Sequence record: DRR723986_6321
Reading direction: 5' to 3' (one strand)
DNA: 37,799 nucleotides
Shown here: one piece after another, positions 10,452 to 19,292 of the stretch
How the letters are laid out: each line of letters opens with the position of its first letter
Position numbering within the stretch: position 1 is the stretch's first letter
The notes under the pieces: model-generated
What the model was told of the DNA's origin: nothing
The model's database searches: none
The model's input: only the letters and a program-made list of their open reading frames with translations
Made by a program: the position numbers and the translations under genes

Positions 10452-11555
10452 GTGCGGATCTTGCTATTGTCGGCCTACCACGCGAATAGTCACAAAGCCT
10501 GGGCTGACGGTCTGGTGGCGGCGATGCCAGCACATCAGTGGACGGTGCTGACGCTGCCGCCACGCCATTTTAGCTGGCGATTACGCGGTAATAGCCTGAG
10601 TTGGGCAATGTTGCAAAGTGAAGCGCTAAACGCCGACTACGATCTGCTGGTCGCCACATCGATGACCGATTTATCTGCTCTGCGAGGGTTATGCCCGTCG
10701 CTTTGCCGCTTGCCGACGATGGTGTATTTCCACGAAAACCAGTTCGCCTACCCTGTGAGCGCGCAGCAGCGACAGGGCGTTGAACCTCAGATGCTAAATT
10801 TGTACACCGCTCTGGCGGCAGACAAGGTGCTGTTCAATAGCGACTATAACCGCCAAACGTTTATCGAGGGCGCCGATAGGCTGTTGGCGAAGTTGCCGGA
10901 CTTCAGTCCGCGCAGTGAGGTGATGAATCGGCTTAGCGACAGCGAGGTGCTGCCAGTGGGTATTGCACCGCCAGTACCAGCGGCGCCGCGCTTGCCGAGC
11001 GAGCGCTTGTCGGTGTTGTGGAATCACCGCTGGGAATACGATAAAGGCCCGGAGCAATTGCTCGCGGTATTGCAGGCCTGCGAGCGCGCCGCCTTGCCTC
11101 TCGACATACACATCATTGGCCAGCAGTTTCGCAAACGCCCCAAGGTCTTCGGTGACATTGAACGCTTGCTTAGCCGCAGCCAGTCGCTGGCTTGCGAACA
11201 TTTTGGCTACGTGGAAAGCCGCGAACAGTACGTAACACTCTTGGCCGCCAGTGATGTGGTGCTGTCGACGGCGCTGCACGATTTTCAGGGTTTGGCAGTG
11301 ATGGAGGCTGTCGCGGCGGGCTGCCGACCATTGTTGCCAGCGCGCTTGTGTTACCCGCAGTGGTTTGATGCGCCGTATTTATACGACAGCGCCCTGGATG
11401 CGCCCGCCGCAGAAGCGGAGTCGGCCGGCCAGGCACTGACTGCATTGCTGGCAGAGAAGCGCTGCGGGGCGCTACAGACGCCCGATATTTCCGACTTATA
11501 TTGGCCGTGTATCGCCGCGGAGTATCAGCATCATTTCGATGCGCTTTGCCGCTAA
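10452..11555 (+). CDS. DUF3524 + GT4-type glycosyltransferase, homolog of tRNA-queuosine alpha-mannosyltransferase (GTDC1/QTMAN)
   Basis: Motifs collinear with recalled GTDC1: SHK, TLP-x3-(F/W)-x-WR-x-R, YFHENQ-x-x-YPV, AD-x-V-x-FNS-x-x-N, W-x-HRWE-x-DK-x-PE, H-x-GY, DVV-x-STA-x-H(D/E)F-x-G-x-A-x-x-EAV-x-x-GC-x-PL-x-P-x-x-L-x-YP. GTG start after GAGGGG. Confidence 0.85.
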   Translation: MRILLLSAYHANSHKAWADGLVAAMPAHQWTVLTLPPRHFSWRLRGNSLSWAMLQSEALNADYDLLVATSMTDLSALRGLCPSLCRLPTMVYFHENQFAYPVSAQQRQGVEPQMLNLYTALAADKVLFNSDYNRQTFIEGADRLLAKLPDFSPRSEVMNRLSDSEVLPVGIAPPVPAAPRLPSERLSVLWNHRWEYDKGPEQLLAVLQACERAALPLDIHIIGQQFRKRPKVFGDIERLLSRSQSLACEHFGYVESREQYVTLLAASDVVLSTALHDFQGLAVMEAVAAGCRPLLPARLCYPQWFDAPYLYDSALDAPAAEAESAGQALTALLAEKRCGALQTPDISDLYWPCIAAEYQHHFDALCR

Positions 11556-11561
11556 GCGGCG

Positions 11562-11590
11562 GTGACAGCGCATCTGGCAGTCAGTATCAT
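11562..11590 (+). promoter_or_regulatory. sigma70 promoter candidate for trpS
   Basis: GTGACA (11562-11567), 17 nt, TATCAT (11585-11590), then GC-rich AGGCGGC. Confidence 0.6.
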
Positions 11591-11628
11591 AGGCGGCTTT
11601 TCGTTTTCCGTGAATACAGGACAGCATC

Positions 11629-12636
11629 ATGGCCAAGCCCCGGGTTCTCACCGGTATTACCACCACTGGCACGCCGCATTTGGGCAACTATGTTGGGGCA
11701 ATTCGCCCTGCAATTGCAGAGAGTCAGTCCACCGAGCAAGACAGTTTTTTCTTTCTGGCCGACTACCACGCATTGATCAAATGCCAGGATCCGGCGGCGG
11801 TGCATCAGTCTGCCCGTGAGATTGCGGCTACGTGGCTGGCGTTGGGCCTGGATACGGATCGCACGACCTTTTATCGCCAGTCTGATGTGCCGGAAATCAC
11901 GGAGTTGATGTGGGTGCTCAACTGTGTGGCGAGCAAGGGCTTGATGAACCGCGCCCACGCCTATAAGGCGGCGGTGCAGGACAATCAGGAAAAAGGCGAG
12001 GACGCCGATTTCGGTGTCACCATGGGGCTGTTCTGTTACCCGGTGTTAATGGCGGCAGATATCCTGATGTTTAACGCGCAGCGTGTGCCGGTGGGGCGTG
12101 ATCAAACCCAGCACTTGGAAATGGCGCGCGATATCGCTCAGCGTTTTAACCATATTTACGGTGAAACATTTGCCCTGCCAGAGGCCGTTGTCGATGAAGA
12201 CGTGGCGGTGCTCAGTGGCTTGGATGGCAGAAAAATGAGTAAAAGCTACGGCAATACCATTCCGCTGTTTTTGCCTGAGAAAAAACTCAAAAAACACATC
12301 AATAAAATCAAAACCAATCTGTTGGAGCCGGGTGAGCCCAAAGACCCAGATGACTCAACGGTTTTTCAAATTTGGCAGGCCTTTGCCAATGCCGAGCAAA
12401 CGGCGTACATGCGCCGCGAGTTTGAAAACGGTATTGCCTGGGGCGAGGCCAAAAAGCAGTTATTTGAATTGATCAACGATCAAATTTCTGCGGCGCGTGA
12501 GCGTTACGATGCCATGCTCAACGACGGCAGTTACCTCGATGCTGAGCTGGCCAAAGGCGCAGAGAAAGCCCGCGCCGAGGCGGCAACGATGCTCGATAAA
12601 GTGCGCGGTGCAGTAGGTTTGTCACGCTTCGGCTAA
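11629..12636 (+). CDS. trpS: Tryptophan--tRNA ligase
   Basis: TG-x-x-x-x-G-x-x-HLGN (HIGH), [14 protein letters not shown]-x-DQ-x-QH and KMSKS motifs. Confidence 0.97.
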   Translation: MAKPRVLTGITTTGTPHLGNYVGAIRPAIAESQSTEQDSFFFLADYHALIKCQDPAAVHQSAREIAATWLALGLDTDRTTFYRQSDVPEITELMWVLNCVASKGLMNRAHAYKAAVQDNQEKGEDADFGVTMGLFCYPVLMAADILMFNAQRVPVGRDQTQHLEMARDIAQRFNHIYGETFALPEAVVDEDVAVLSGLDGRKMSKSYGNTIPLFLPEKKLKKHINKIKTNLLEPGEPKDPDDSTVFQIWQAFANAEQTAYMRREFENGIAWGEAKKQLFELINDQISAARERYDAMLNDGSYLDAELAKGAEKARAEAATMLDKVRGAVGLSRFG

Positions 12637-13542
12637 TGATGCGTGGCGTTTAGCCGCTGCGCTGCTGATGGCAATGCCCAGCGCGATTGCAGCAGCACCT
12701 GCCCACGCCCCTGGCGGGTATTGCTCGCCAAGTAACGAGGCGGATATCAGCATGCTGACGGAGGCCGCCACGTAGCCCAGCTGGCTGAGCAGTACGGGGC
12801 CGCCGCGTTGTTGCAATCGGAATATCAGCGGCGCAGTTGCTGCTGCAATCAGTAACTGCGCGCTGCTTAGCGCCGGTGCCAAGCCAAACTGAAAAAGGCT
12901 TTGGGGCCCACTGGTAGCGATAAGTAGCAGCAAGTAGCTGAGGCTGGCAAAACCGTGGCTCCACAGAGCGAGCTCGTCTGCCGCGGCGCCGGGTGGCCAG
13001 TCCCGGCTGCGGTAGATATTTCCCGCGGCAAGAAGCATCGGAATACACAATGCCAGCAGCATATATCCCAGTTCGGGCGCATCGGCGGCGCTGCCGCGCG
13101 AGATGCTGACCACCACGGCGCCCAACAAACCCAACACCACGCCCAATACGCCCAGACCGCTGGTGGTTTGCTGGCGCAATAGCGTGGCAAAAACGAGTGT
13201 GAACAGCGGTGACAGGGCAAACATCAATCCTGTATAGCCCGCCCCACTGTGCGGCACACTGATTACCAGCAATAGGTTCGGTGCAGCAAAACTGAGTGGC
13301 CCGGCGATAAGGCAGTAGCGCAGGTGCTGGCCGTGTGGGCGCTGTAAACGGCCTTGTAACCAGAGCGCAGGAAACAGGGCTATGACGGCGCCAAGGGACG
13401 TGAGCATCGCCCAAAAAAGCGGGCTCAAGCCGTTGGCCGATGCCAGCTTTGCCATCGGAAAGCTGAGGCCAATCAAGGTCCCGGACATCAGGAGTAGCCG
13501 TGAGGCGTCCAATTTTTGCGGCGACTGTTGGGCCCCTTCCAT
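12622..13542 (-). CDS. DMT/EamA family transporter
   Basis: About 10 hydrophobic segments in two repeats, with LSPLFT and LLGE motifs. ATG lies 1 nt after the nitroreductase stop. Confidence 0.85.
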   Translation of the reverse strand: MEGAQQSPQKLDASRLLLMSGTLIGLSFPMAKLASANGLSPLFWAMLTSLGAVIALFPALWLQGRLQRPHGQHLRYCLIAGPLSFAAPNLLLVISVPHSGAGYTGLMFALSPLFTLVFATLLRQQTTSGLGVLGVVLGLLGAVVVSISRGSAADAPELGYMLLALCIPMLLAAGNIYRSRDWPPGAAADELALWSHGFASLSYLLLLIATSGPQSLFQFGLAPALSSAQLLIAAATAPLIFRLQQRGGPVLLSQLGYVAASVSMLISASLLGEQYPPGAWAGAAAIALGIAISSAAAKRHASLAEA

Positions 13543-13543
13543 T

Positions 13544-14140
13544 TCAGAACACCTCCGTAGCGCCGCGCCCGGCGTAGGCGATTGCTGACAGGGGTAAGCG
13601 CGGGCGCCGTGTCTCCTGGTTGCGCAGCGTCGCGGGTAAGTCGTTAGCTTGACCTAAATAGCCTACTGCTACCGCGACCTGCAGCTGCCAGTGACCGGGG
13701 AGCAACTGTGCTGATACGGCCTGCTCGCGGTGGATACCTGCCATGGCATGCGTTTGCAGGCCAAGGTGCGCTGCTTGCAGTGCCAGCTGCATCCATGCCG
13801 CGCCACAGTCAAATTGGTGGTAGGGCAGAGCACGAGTTTTTCCGTCGTTTTGGTGTTCAGGTGTTGATGCGATCAGGATCAGTGCGGAGGCCTGTTGCGC
13901 CCAGCTGCGATTGAATTCGTCCAGCACCGAAACAAAGCTTTGCCAGTATTCGTCGTTGCGCAGGCTGTAGACGAACCGCCAGGGCTGGCTGTTATAGGCC
14001 GACGGGGCCATGGCAGCCGCTGAAATCATCGACTCTATCTGCTTGTGGTCCACGCCGCGGTCTGAAAACGCGCGCGGAGACCAGCGCCGTTCAATGGCGG
14101 GCAGCATATCCGCTGGGGTGTTGAGAGAGGGGGTGGACAT
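13544..14140 (-). CDS. Nitroreductase family protein
   Basis: RRWSPRAF (FMN phosphate binding), APSAYNSQPWRF, FDCGAAW and HAMAG motifs. Start ATG 14140 after AAGGAG; the ORF-track extension to 14335 overlaps the upstream gene. Confidence 0.92.
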   Translation of the reverse strand: MSTPSLNTPADMLPAIERRWSPRAFSDRGVDHKQIESMISAAAMAPSAYNSQPWRFVYSLRNDEYWQSFVSVLDEFNRSWAQQASALILIASTPEHQNDGKTRALPYHQFDCGAAWMQLALQAAHLGLQTHAMAGIHREQAVSAQLLPGHWQLQVAVAVGYLGQANDLPATLRNQETRRPRLPLSAIAYAGRGATEVF

Positions 14141-14141
14141 A

Positions 14142-15128
14142 TCAGTGCTCCTTGCTCTGGGGCAGTAAAGGGATCGCGATGGGGCGCAGAGGGGCAGCAT
14201 CGGCGCCGCGCAGTCGCAGCCCGGCCGCGATGAATGCGAACTCGTACACCCGGTCCTTTGCCAACTCCTCAAGGTAGGCGAGTTCGATAATGGGAACGCC
14301 GCGTTGTGCAAGCAGGTAGGTGTGCACGGGGGCATAGTCGCTGTCGAGCTCAGAGGGAAAGGCCTCCAGACTGAGGTTATCGGCGCCGACCACCATTACG
14401 CCGGCGTCTTCGGCGAGATACTTGGCCGCTTCCAGGCCGAGTCCGGGCGGGGAGTCCATGTATGCCGCGGCGCGCTCGTAACGTTGCATGCGGCCGGTTC
14501 TCAGTAGCACAACGTCGCCTGGCTGCAGTTGCAGGCGTTGGCGAGCAAGGCTAGCGAGGATGTCGTCTTTCGTAATGCGGTAGCCGTCTGGCAGCATCGC
14601 CTGTTGGTGTAGAGCGGCGATATCCAGCATTACGCCGCGGGCGATGATGGGTGGGAATTTTTCAACGCCGCCACGTTGCCAGCCGCGATCGCCAAGGTAT
14701 TTCGCTGCGGGGAAACCGTTCCATATTTTGCCATTGAGGCCAAAGTGACTCAGTGCGTCGATATGTGTGCCGGTGTGGCTATACATGGAAATAGCCGAGC
14801 CGCTGTAGCTGACGTGGCGGTTTTTCTGCTCTCCTTGCTCAAGCGGGTCGTCAATGACGGTGCCGCCTGGGGTGTGGGTCATCCACAGTCGGTAGTGCGG
14901 GTCGCCGGCGGCCTGCCAGCTGGGCATGCCGATGTAATAGTCCACCGATAGGTCGTAGATGCGCTGGCTGGTCAGGCGCATAAAAATAGCGGCGCGCTGC
15001 TCGGTATTCATGGTGTTGAGCTGGCCTATTTCATCTGTTGCGCCCCATGGGCTAATACCCACATCTCGTTCTGCGTGGGCGTGGCTTAGCAACGCGGCGA
15101 ACAGCAGCAGTAGGGTGAGGCGTTTCAT
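14142..15128 (-). CDS. Cyclase-family (kynurenine formamidase/isatin hydrolase-like) metal-dependent hydrolase with signal peptide
   Basis: HTGTHID metal motif, GD-x-V-x-x-RTG, VGADN-x-x-x-E and H-x-x-LL...E motifs. N-terminus MKRLTLLLLFAALLSHAHA is a Sec signal. CAGGAG RBS before ATG 15128. Confidence 0.88.
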   Translation of the reverse strand: MKRLTLLLLFAALLSHAHAERDVGISPWGATDEIGQLNTMNTEQRAAIFMRLTSQRIYDLSVDYYIGMPSWQAAGDPHYRLWMTHTPGGTVIDDPLEQGEQKNRHVSYSGSAISMYSHTGTHIDALSHFGLNGKIWNGFPAAKYLGDRGWQRGGVEKFPPIIARGVMLDIAALHQQAMLPDGYRITKDDILASLARQRLQLQPGDVVLLRTGRMQRYERAAAYMDSPPGLGLEAAKYLAEDAGVMVVGADNLSLEAFPSELDSDYAPVHTYLLAQRGVPIIELAYLEELAKDRVYEFAFIAAGLRLRGADAAPLRPIAIPLLPQSKEH

Positions 15129-15197
15129 GCTTTGGTCTCCTGACGTACAAACAGGTGGCCAGCCTAGCGCGCTCAATTGTTTTTATAATCTGCCTTA

Positions 15198-15218
15198 TTG
15201 GAATAATATTGTTTCCAA
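15198..15218. promoter_or_regulatory. Inverted repeat, candidate LysR operator
   Basis: TTGGAA-TAATATTGT-TTCCAA in the AT-rich spacer between the divergent LysR gene and the cyclase operon. Confidence 0.5.
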
Positions 15219-15239
15219 ATTAAGTGTAATTGGTGGCCT

Positions 15240-16160
15240 ATGCTGGATGACATCCATGTTTTTGCTCAGGTGGTCGATGCTGGCAGTTTTACCGAAGCGG
15301 CAACACGGCTGAATATATCCAAGTCGCTGGTTAGCAAGCAGGTGAGCCGCCTTGAAGCGCGCTTGCAGCTTCGCTTACTCAATCGCAGTACGCGCAGTTT
15401 GAGCCTAACGGACGCCGGGCGTCGCTTTTATTCACGGTGCCGAGGTGGTTTGCAGGAGATTGATGCCGCCATAGAAGACCTCGCGCTTATGCGCGACGAG
15501 CCGGCTGGTTTGCTGCGCATAAACCTGCCAATGTCATTTGGGGTGATGCATGTTTCGCCCTTGCTGCCGGCGTTACAGCAGCGCTTTCCTGAGCTCGATC
15601 TGGAGGTCAATTTAGACGATCGCAAGGTCGAACTCATTGAACCGGCCTTTGATGTGTCTATCCGTATTAGCGATCTTGCAGACTCCAGCATGGTGGCTCG
15701 GCGCTTGGGGCCCTGTCGGCACCTGTTGGTGGCTTCTCCAGAGTATGTAAAAGCGAACCCGCTGAGTGACGTGGCTGGATTGGCAGAGCATCGAATTCTA
15801 AGTTATCGCCATCAACAGTCGTCAACCGAGTGGCACTTTACCCACCCTGAGCACGGTCACCAGAGTGTGCGTTTGCGCCCGGTAGCAGAGCTGAATAACA
15901 GCCTTGCTATCAAACAGATGGCGGTGCAGGGGGGAGGCATTGCGCGAATGCCGAGCTTTGCCGTTGCTGAGGATATTTGCGAAGGTCGTTTGCAACAAGT
16001 ATTGGCGGGCTATCAATGCCCGGAGCTGTCAATCTTTGCCGTGTATCCGGTGCGGCGCTACCTGCCTCCGAAGGTACGTGTTTTTATCGATTTTATGTTG
16101 GAGCACATTGGTGAAAACCCGGCCTGGGACAGCGCCTTGGCGCTCTCAGATCAACACTAA
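15240..16160 (+). CDS. LysR family transcriptional regulator (CrgA/DmlR-like)
   Basis: HTH GSFTEAA...SKS-x-VS-x-x-V-x-x-LE-x-x-L...RSTRSL-x-LT-x-AG, and C-terminal PKVRVFIDF. Confidence 0.95.
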   Translation: MLDDIHVFAQVVDAGSFTEAATRLNISKSLVSKQVSRLEARLQLRLLNRSTRSLSLTDAGRRFYSRCRGGLQEIDAAIEDLALMRDEPAGLLRINLPMSFGVMHVSPLLPALQQRFPELDLEVNLDDRKVELIEPAFDVSIRISDLADSSMVARRLGPCRHLLVASPEYVKANPLSDVAGLAEHRILSYRHQQSSTEWHFTHPEHGHQSVRLRPVAELNNSLAIKQMAVQGGGIARMPSFAVAEDICEGRLQQVLAGYQCPELSIFAVYPVRRYLPPKVRVFIDFMLEHIGENPAWDSALALSDQH

Positions 16161-16426
16161 AAACGTGCAGACAGCGAGATGCCCAAGGGGCCGAGGGTGA
16201 GTGTTGTGCCATTGCGATGGCGCAGCGAGAGCTCGAAGCGCTCCGAGTCGGACCGAAGCTGCAACTTTGGCAGCCGCTGCGCGGGCGCAATCGCTGAGCG
16301 TACGGTCTCCGGGGTCACGGTAACCTGGTCGAGCGACTGGCCGGCAAAATCGCGTTCAGTCTGGGCGCTGGCTGCGCTACTGAGCAGTAGTATTAACAGG
16401 GCTGTAAATATGGCGGTGTATGTCAT
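16157..16426 (-). CDS. Small secreted hypothetical protein (89 aa)
   Basis: GGAG RBS, Sec signal ending in AASA, fills the gap between LysR and the TonB-dependent receptor. Its stop overlaps the LysR stop by 4 bp. Confidence 0.6.
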   Translation of the reverse strand: MTYTAIFTALLILLLSSAASAQTERDFAGQSLDQVTVTPETVRSAIAPAQRLPKLQLRSDSERFELSLRHRNGTTLTLGPLGISLSARF

Positions 16427-16563
16427 CGCTGCTCTCCAAGTTCGCGGTGTCGCTGGTTACTGACTATTGCGAAATTGCCGAACAGAGAAAATACGGGAAG
16501 CGCGGGAAGGTGACCTGGGTCTCGCTGTGTTTGGGTAAGTCGCAGCGTAGCTATGGAGTTATA

Positions 16564-16590
16564 CCTAGGCAGGGTAAGCCTCTGCCCAGG
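16564..16590 (-). terminator. Hairpin just downstream of the TonB-dependent receptor
   Basis: Minus strand CCTGGGCAG(A)GG-CTTA-CCCTGCCTAGG. No clear U-tract. Confidence 0.35.
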
Positions 16591-16599
16591 CTGTCGGGG

Positions 16600-18657
16600 C
16601 TAGAAATTGACGCCAAGCTCAACAAAGACGCTGCGGGGCTCGCCGATAAAGTAACGGTAGTTGCCAAACGCATAGTCGGCGCGCTCTGCGTAGTCGACAT
16701 CCTCAATGTTATTTACCCGCACCACGCTGTAGACGTGCTCACCGTAGTGCTGCACCCAGCGAGCATGAAGCAGTGTGTGCCCGGGGTAGCGGAAGCGGTT
16801 GTCGGCTTCGAGGAAGTACTCACTCTGGTGCACGGCTTCAAGGCTGAGCACCGTGCTTGGGGTGGCCTGCCAGACGAGTTGTGTGCTGGCGAGCTGACGT
16901 GGGGCAGTGTCGAGTTCGTTGCCGGCTTTGGTCAGTGCATCGTTGTCGTACTGGTGCTTGCCGTAGCTGCCTTGCAGGCGCCAAAGCAGCTGCTTGGTGA
17001 GCGCCCAGTTCACTTCAAGTTCCAGGCCGCGGCTTTCTGTGCGCCCGCCGTTTACATTCTGGCGGTTGCTGTCTTGAATAATGACGTCGTCTTTTTGCAG
17101 CCAGTACACCGCACTTCGATAGCTGAAATCCTGCCACTCGCCGCGCAGTCCGATCTCTGCACTATTCAGCAGCTCTTCCTCCAGTTTGGATGTGAGCTGC
17201 TGATTTTGCAGGCGATAGAGTTCACTGGCCTGAGGCGCCCGAAACCCGTGGGCGAGGTTGGCGGTAAAGCTGTGATGGGCGTTTAACTGGTGGACCACTC
17301 CGCCGTGGAAAGACCAATTTCTAAAACGTTCGCTTTGGTCGTCTGGCCGCGCGTAGCGACAAGCACCGTTGCCCGTTGCACAGGGGGTGCCATCGTCGGC
17401 GGTGTTGCCGCTAATCATGCGGTTGTCGTAGTCGTAAAACTGAATATCGTAACGCCCGCCGAAGTTCAGGCGAGTTGTATCATTTACCTCGTAGTCACCG
17501 CCAACAAACCAGGCGAAGTAGCGGGCATCGACTTCGTAGTCGTAGTGTTTTCCCTGAGGGAAGGGGCCAAAGCCGGCGCTGTCCTGCTGCTGCTCCAGGT
17601 AGGCTTGGCTCAGTTCCATGTCAAAGCCGTTGTGCAGGGTAAGTTTGTCGCTGCTTTGCTGGTAGAACGCCGTTTGCACACCGACGCTGCGCTCGCCATT
17701 TTCTTCAAGCGGGGTGCCGGGAAGAAAATGCTGTAGAAAGCTCATATCGGTGTAGCGCAGATACGGCGTGACTACAAAGTGGCTGTCTTGGGTGCCATCG
17801 CGTTCAAAACGGCTGTAGAAGCGCACATTTTTGCTATTGCGGTATGCGTCGGGGTTGGGGTTTTCACGCTTGCGGCTGTCGTCTTTGTAGGCGTCTTTGC
17901 CGAGCACGTATCCCGCGGTTTCTTGTTGCAAGTTTGCCGCGGATAGCAGCGACTGCACCGACCAGACTGCGCCGCTGTAGTTGTGGCGTAGCGACAGCTT
18001 TTGCTGGTCATAGCCCGAATCATCTTTGTAACCGCCATCGCTGCTGCCGTGTGCGCTAATGCGATAACCGTGCTTGCCCACGGTGTTGCTATGGCTAAAC
18101 TTGAGACGGCCGTAGTCATTGGGACCGCCTTCCGCGGCGATCTGCGTTTCTGGTGTTTCGCTTGGCGCCCGGCTGACAACGTTGATAACGCCATTGAGGG
18201 CGTTGCTGCCGTGCACGGCAGTACCGGGGCCGCGAATCACTTCAATGCGGGCCGCTTGTTCGCTGTTTACATCAAAAAGTTGGTTGACGTTGCAGAAGCC
18301 AGGGCCGCGCAGCGGGATACCGTCTTCAGCGAAGTAGAACGCGCCACAACTTCCCGCGCCTGTGAGCACCCCGGAGCGAATCGCGGTGAGGTGTTCCTGA
18401 CCGTTGCCGCGGCTTATCCACACCCCCGGCGCACGGCTCAGTAGCTCGCTAATGTGGGTATGACCGATTCGGTCGAGGCTGTCTTGGTCTATCACGCTGA
18501 TAGCGACGCTTAAATCCTGCGGGTCGCGCTCGGTTCGGCTAGCCGTAACGGACACTTGCTCCATCGTTGTGCTGGTGCTTGGTGCCTGATCCGCCCAGAG
18601 TAGAGGGCTCATGCCTGCCAGCAGCAGGCTTAGTGGGCGCAGTCTTACAAGATTCAT
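16600..18657 (-). CDS. TonB-dependent receptor
   Basis: Signal peptide, TonB box EQVSVTA, plug motif RIEVIRGPG-x-x-x-x-G-x-x-A-x-x-GVIN, FRAP, NNIED-x-x-Y, and C-terminal PRSVFVELGVNF. Confidence 0.95.
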   Translation of the reverse strand: MNLVRLRPLSLLLAGMSPLLWADQAPSTSTTMEQVSVTASRTERDPQDLSVAISVIDQDSLDRIGHTHISELLSRAPGVWISRGNGQEHLTAIRSGVLTGAGSCGAFYFAEDGIPLRGPGFCNVNQLFDVNSEQAARIEVIRGPGTAVHGSNALNGVINVVSRAPSETPETQIAAEGGPNDYGRLKFSHSNTVGKHGYRISAHGSSDGGYKDDSGYDQQKLSLRHNYSGAVWSVQSLLSAANLQQETAGYVLGKDAYKDDSRKRENPNPDAYRNSKNVRFYSRFERDGTQDSHFVVTPYLRYTDMSFLQHFLPGTPLEENGERSVGVQTAFYQQSSDKLTLHNGFDMELSQAYLEQQQDSAGFGPFPQGKHYDYEVDARYFAWFVGGDYEVNDTTRLNFGGRYDIQFYDYDNRMISGNTADDGTPCATGNGACRYARPDDQSERFRNWSFHGGVVHQLNAHHSFTANLAHGFRAPQASELYRLQNQQLTSKLEEELLNSAEIGLRGEWQDFSYRSAVYWLQKDDVIIQDSNRQNVNGGRTESRGLELEVNWALTKQLLWRLQGSYGKHQYDNDALTKAGNELDTAPRQLASTQLVWQATPSTVLSLEAVHQSEYFLEADNRFRYPGHTLLHARWVQHYGEHVYSVVRVNNIEDVDYAERADYAFGNYRYFIGEPRSVFVELGVNF

Positions 18658-18704
18658 TCGGTTCGATCCCGTTAGTGTCAGGGTGGCTAGTAGCAGGGTG
18701 AATA

Positions 18705-19292
18705 TTACACGATTCGGATAAACAAGCCTTCAGATGAGGCAAGTACGTCGTCGCCATCACGGCACTCACCGTGGGCGATAATTTTGCGCTCACCGATATC
18801 TTCCAGCCACGTGTCGAAGCGCAGCGTTTTGTATAGCGGGACAGGGCGCCGGTAATTGACCTTCAGCGATGCGGTATAGCCCGGGGTGCCATTGCGCAGG
18901 CAGGCAAAGGCCAGCAATTGGTCGAAAACCAGGCTCGTCACGCCGCCGTGCACGCTATTTGGCGGGCCCTCGTGACGTTTGCCAAAGCAGATATCACTGA
19001 CTACGCGGTCATTCTCTACCACAACTTCCATATCGGGAGAGTACGCATTGTAGCGGCCGGTGGCGGGGCCGTAGGGCAGGGCCTCGCGCAGCTCATCACC
19101 AAACTCCATATTGAAATAGGGCATGATCTTCTCGCCCTGGTGAGCACTGAGCTGATCGTTCAGCGCTTCCACCTGGCTGGCAAGTTCAGCGAGCCGCTCC
19201 GCATCGGCGTTAACGTCAATGCTGAGTTCTAGACTTTCCTGTAGCGCCCGACTGAGGCGAAGCAATTGCGATGAGGCAGTATTGGCCGACAT
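18705..19292 (-). CDS. PaaI family (hotdog-fold) thioesterase
   Basis: EGPP-x-x-VHGG-x-x-x-x-x-x-D and TA-x-L-x-V-x-YRRP-x-PL motifs. Start ATG 19292 downstream of AAGGA. Confidence 0.88.
   Translation of the reverse strand: MSANTASSQLLRLSRALQESLELSIDVNADAERLAELASQVEALNDQLSAHQGEKIMPYFNMEFGDELREALPYGPATGRYNAYSPDMEVVVENDRVVSDICFGKRHEGPPNSVHGGVTSLVFDQLLAFACLRNGTPGYTASLKVNYRRPVPLYKTLRFDTWLEDIGERKIIAHGECRDGDDVLASSEGLFIRIV

Noticed and set aside
14141-14335. N-terminal Cys-rich extension of the nitroreductase in the ORF track
   Set aside because: It overlaps the cyclase gene in another frame, and a good RBS precedes ATG 14140. Similar over-extended starts were trimmed for uvrB, tsaB, queA, trmD, the thioesterase and DUF1289.
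16420-18444. Long plus-strand ORFs (288, 148 and 147 aa) opposite the TonB-dependent receptor
   Set aside because: These are antisense shadows of a well-supported gene, with no recognisable motifs or RBS. The same applies to the antisense ORFs over uvrB, katG, ffh, dsbC, hom and thrC.
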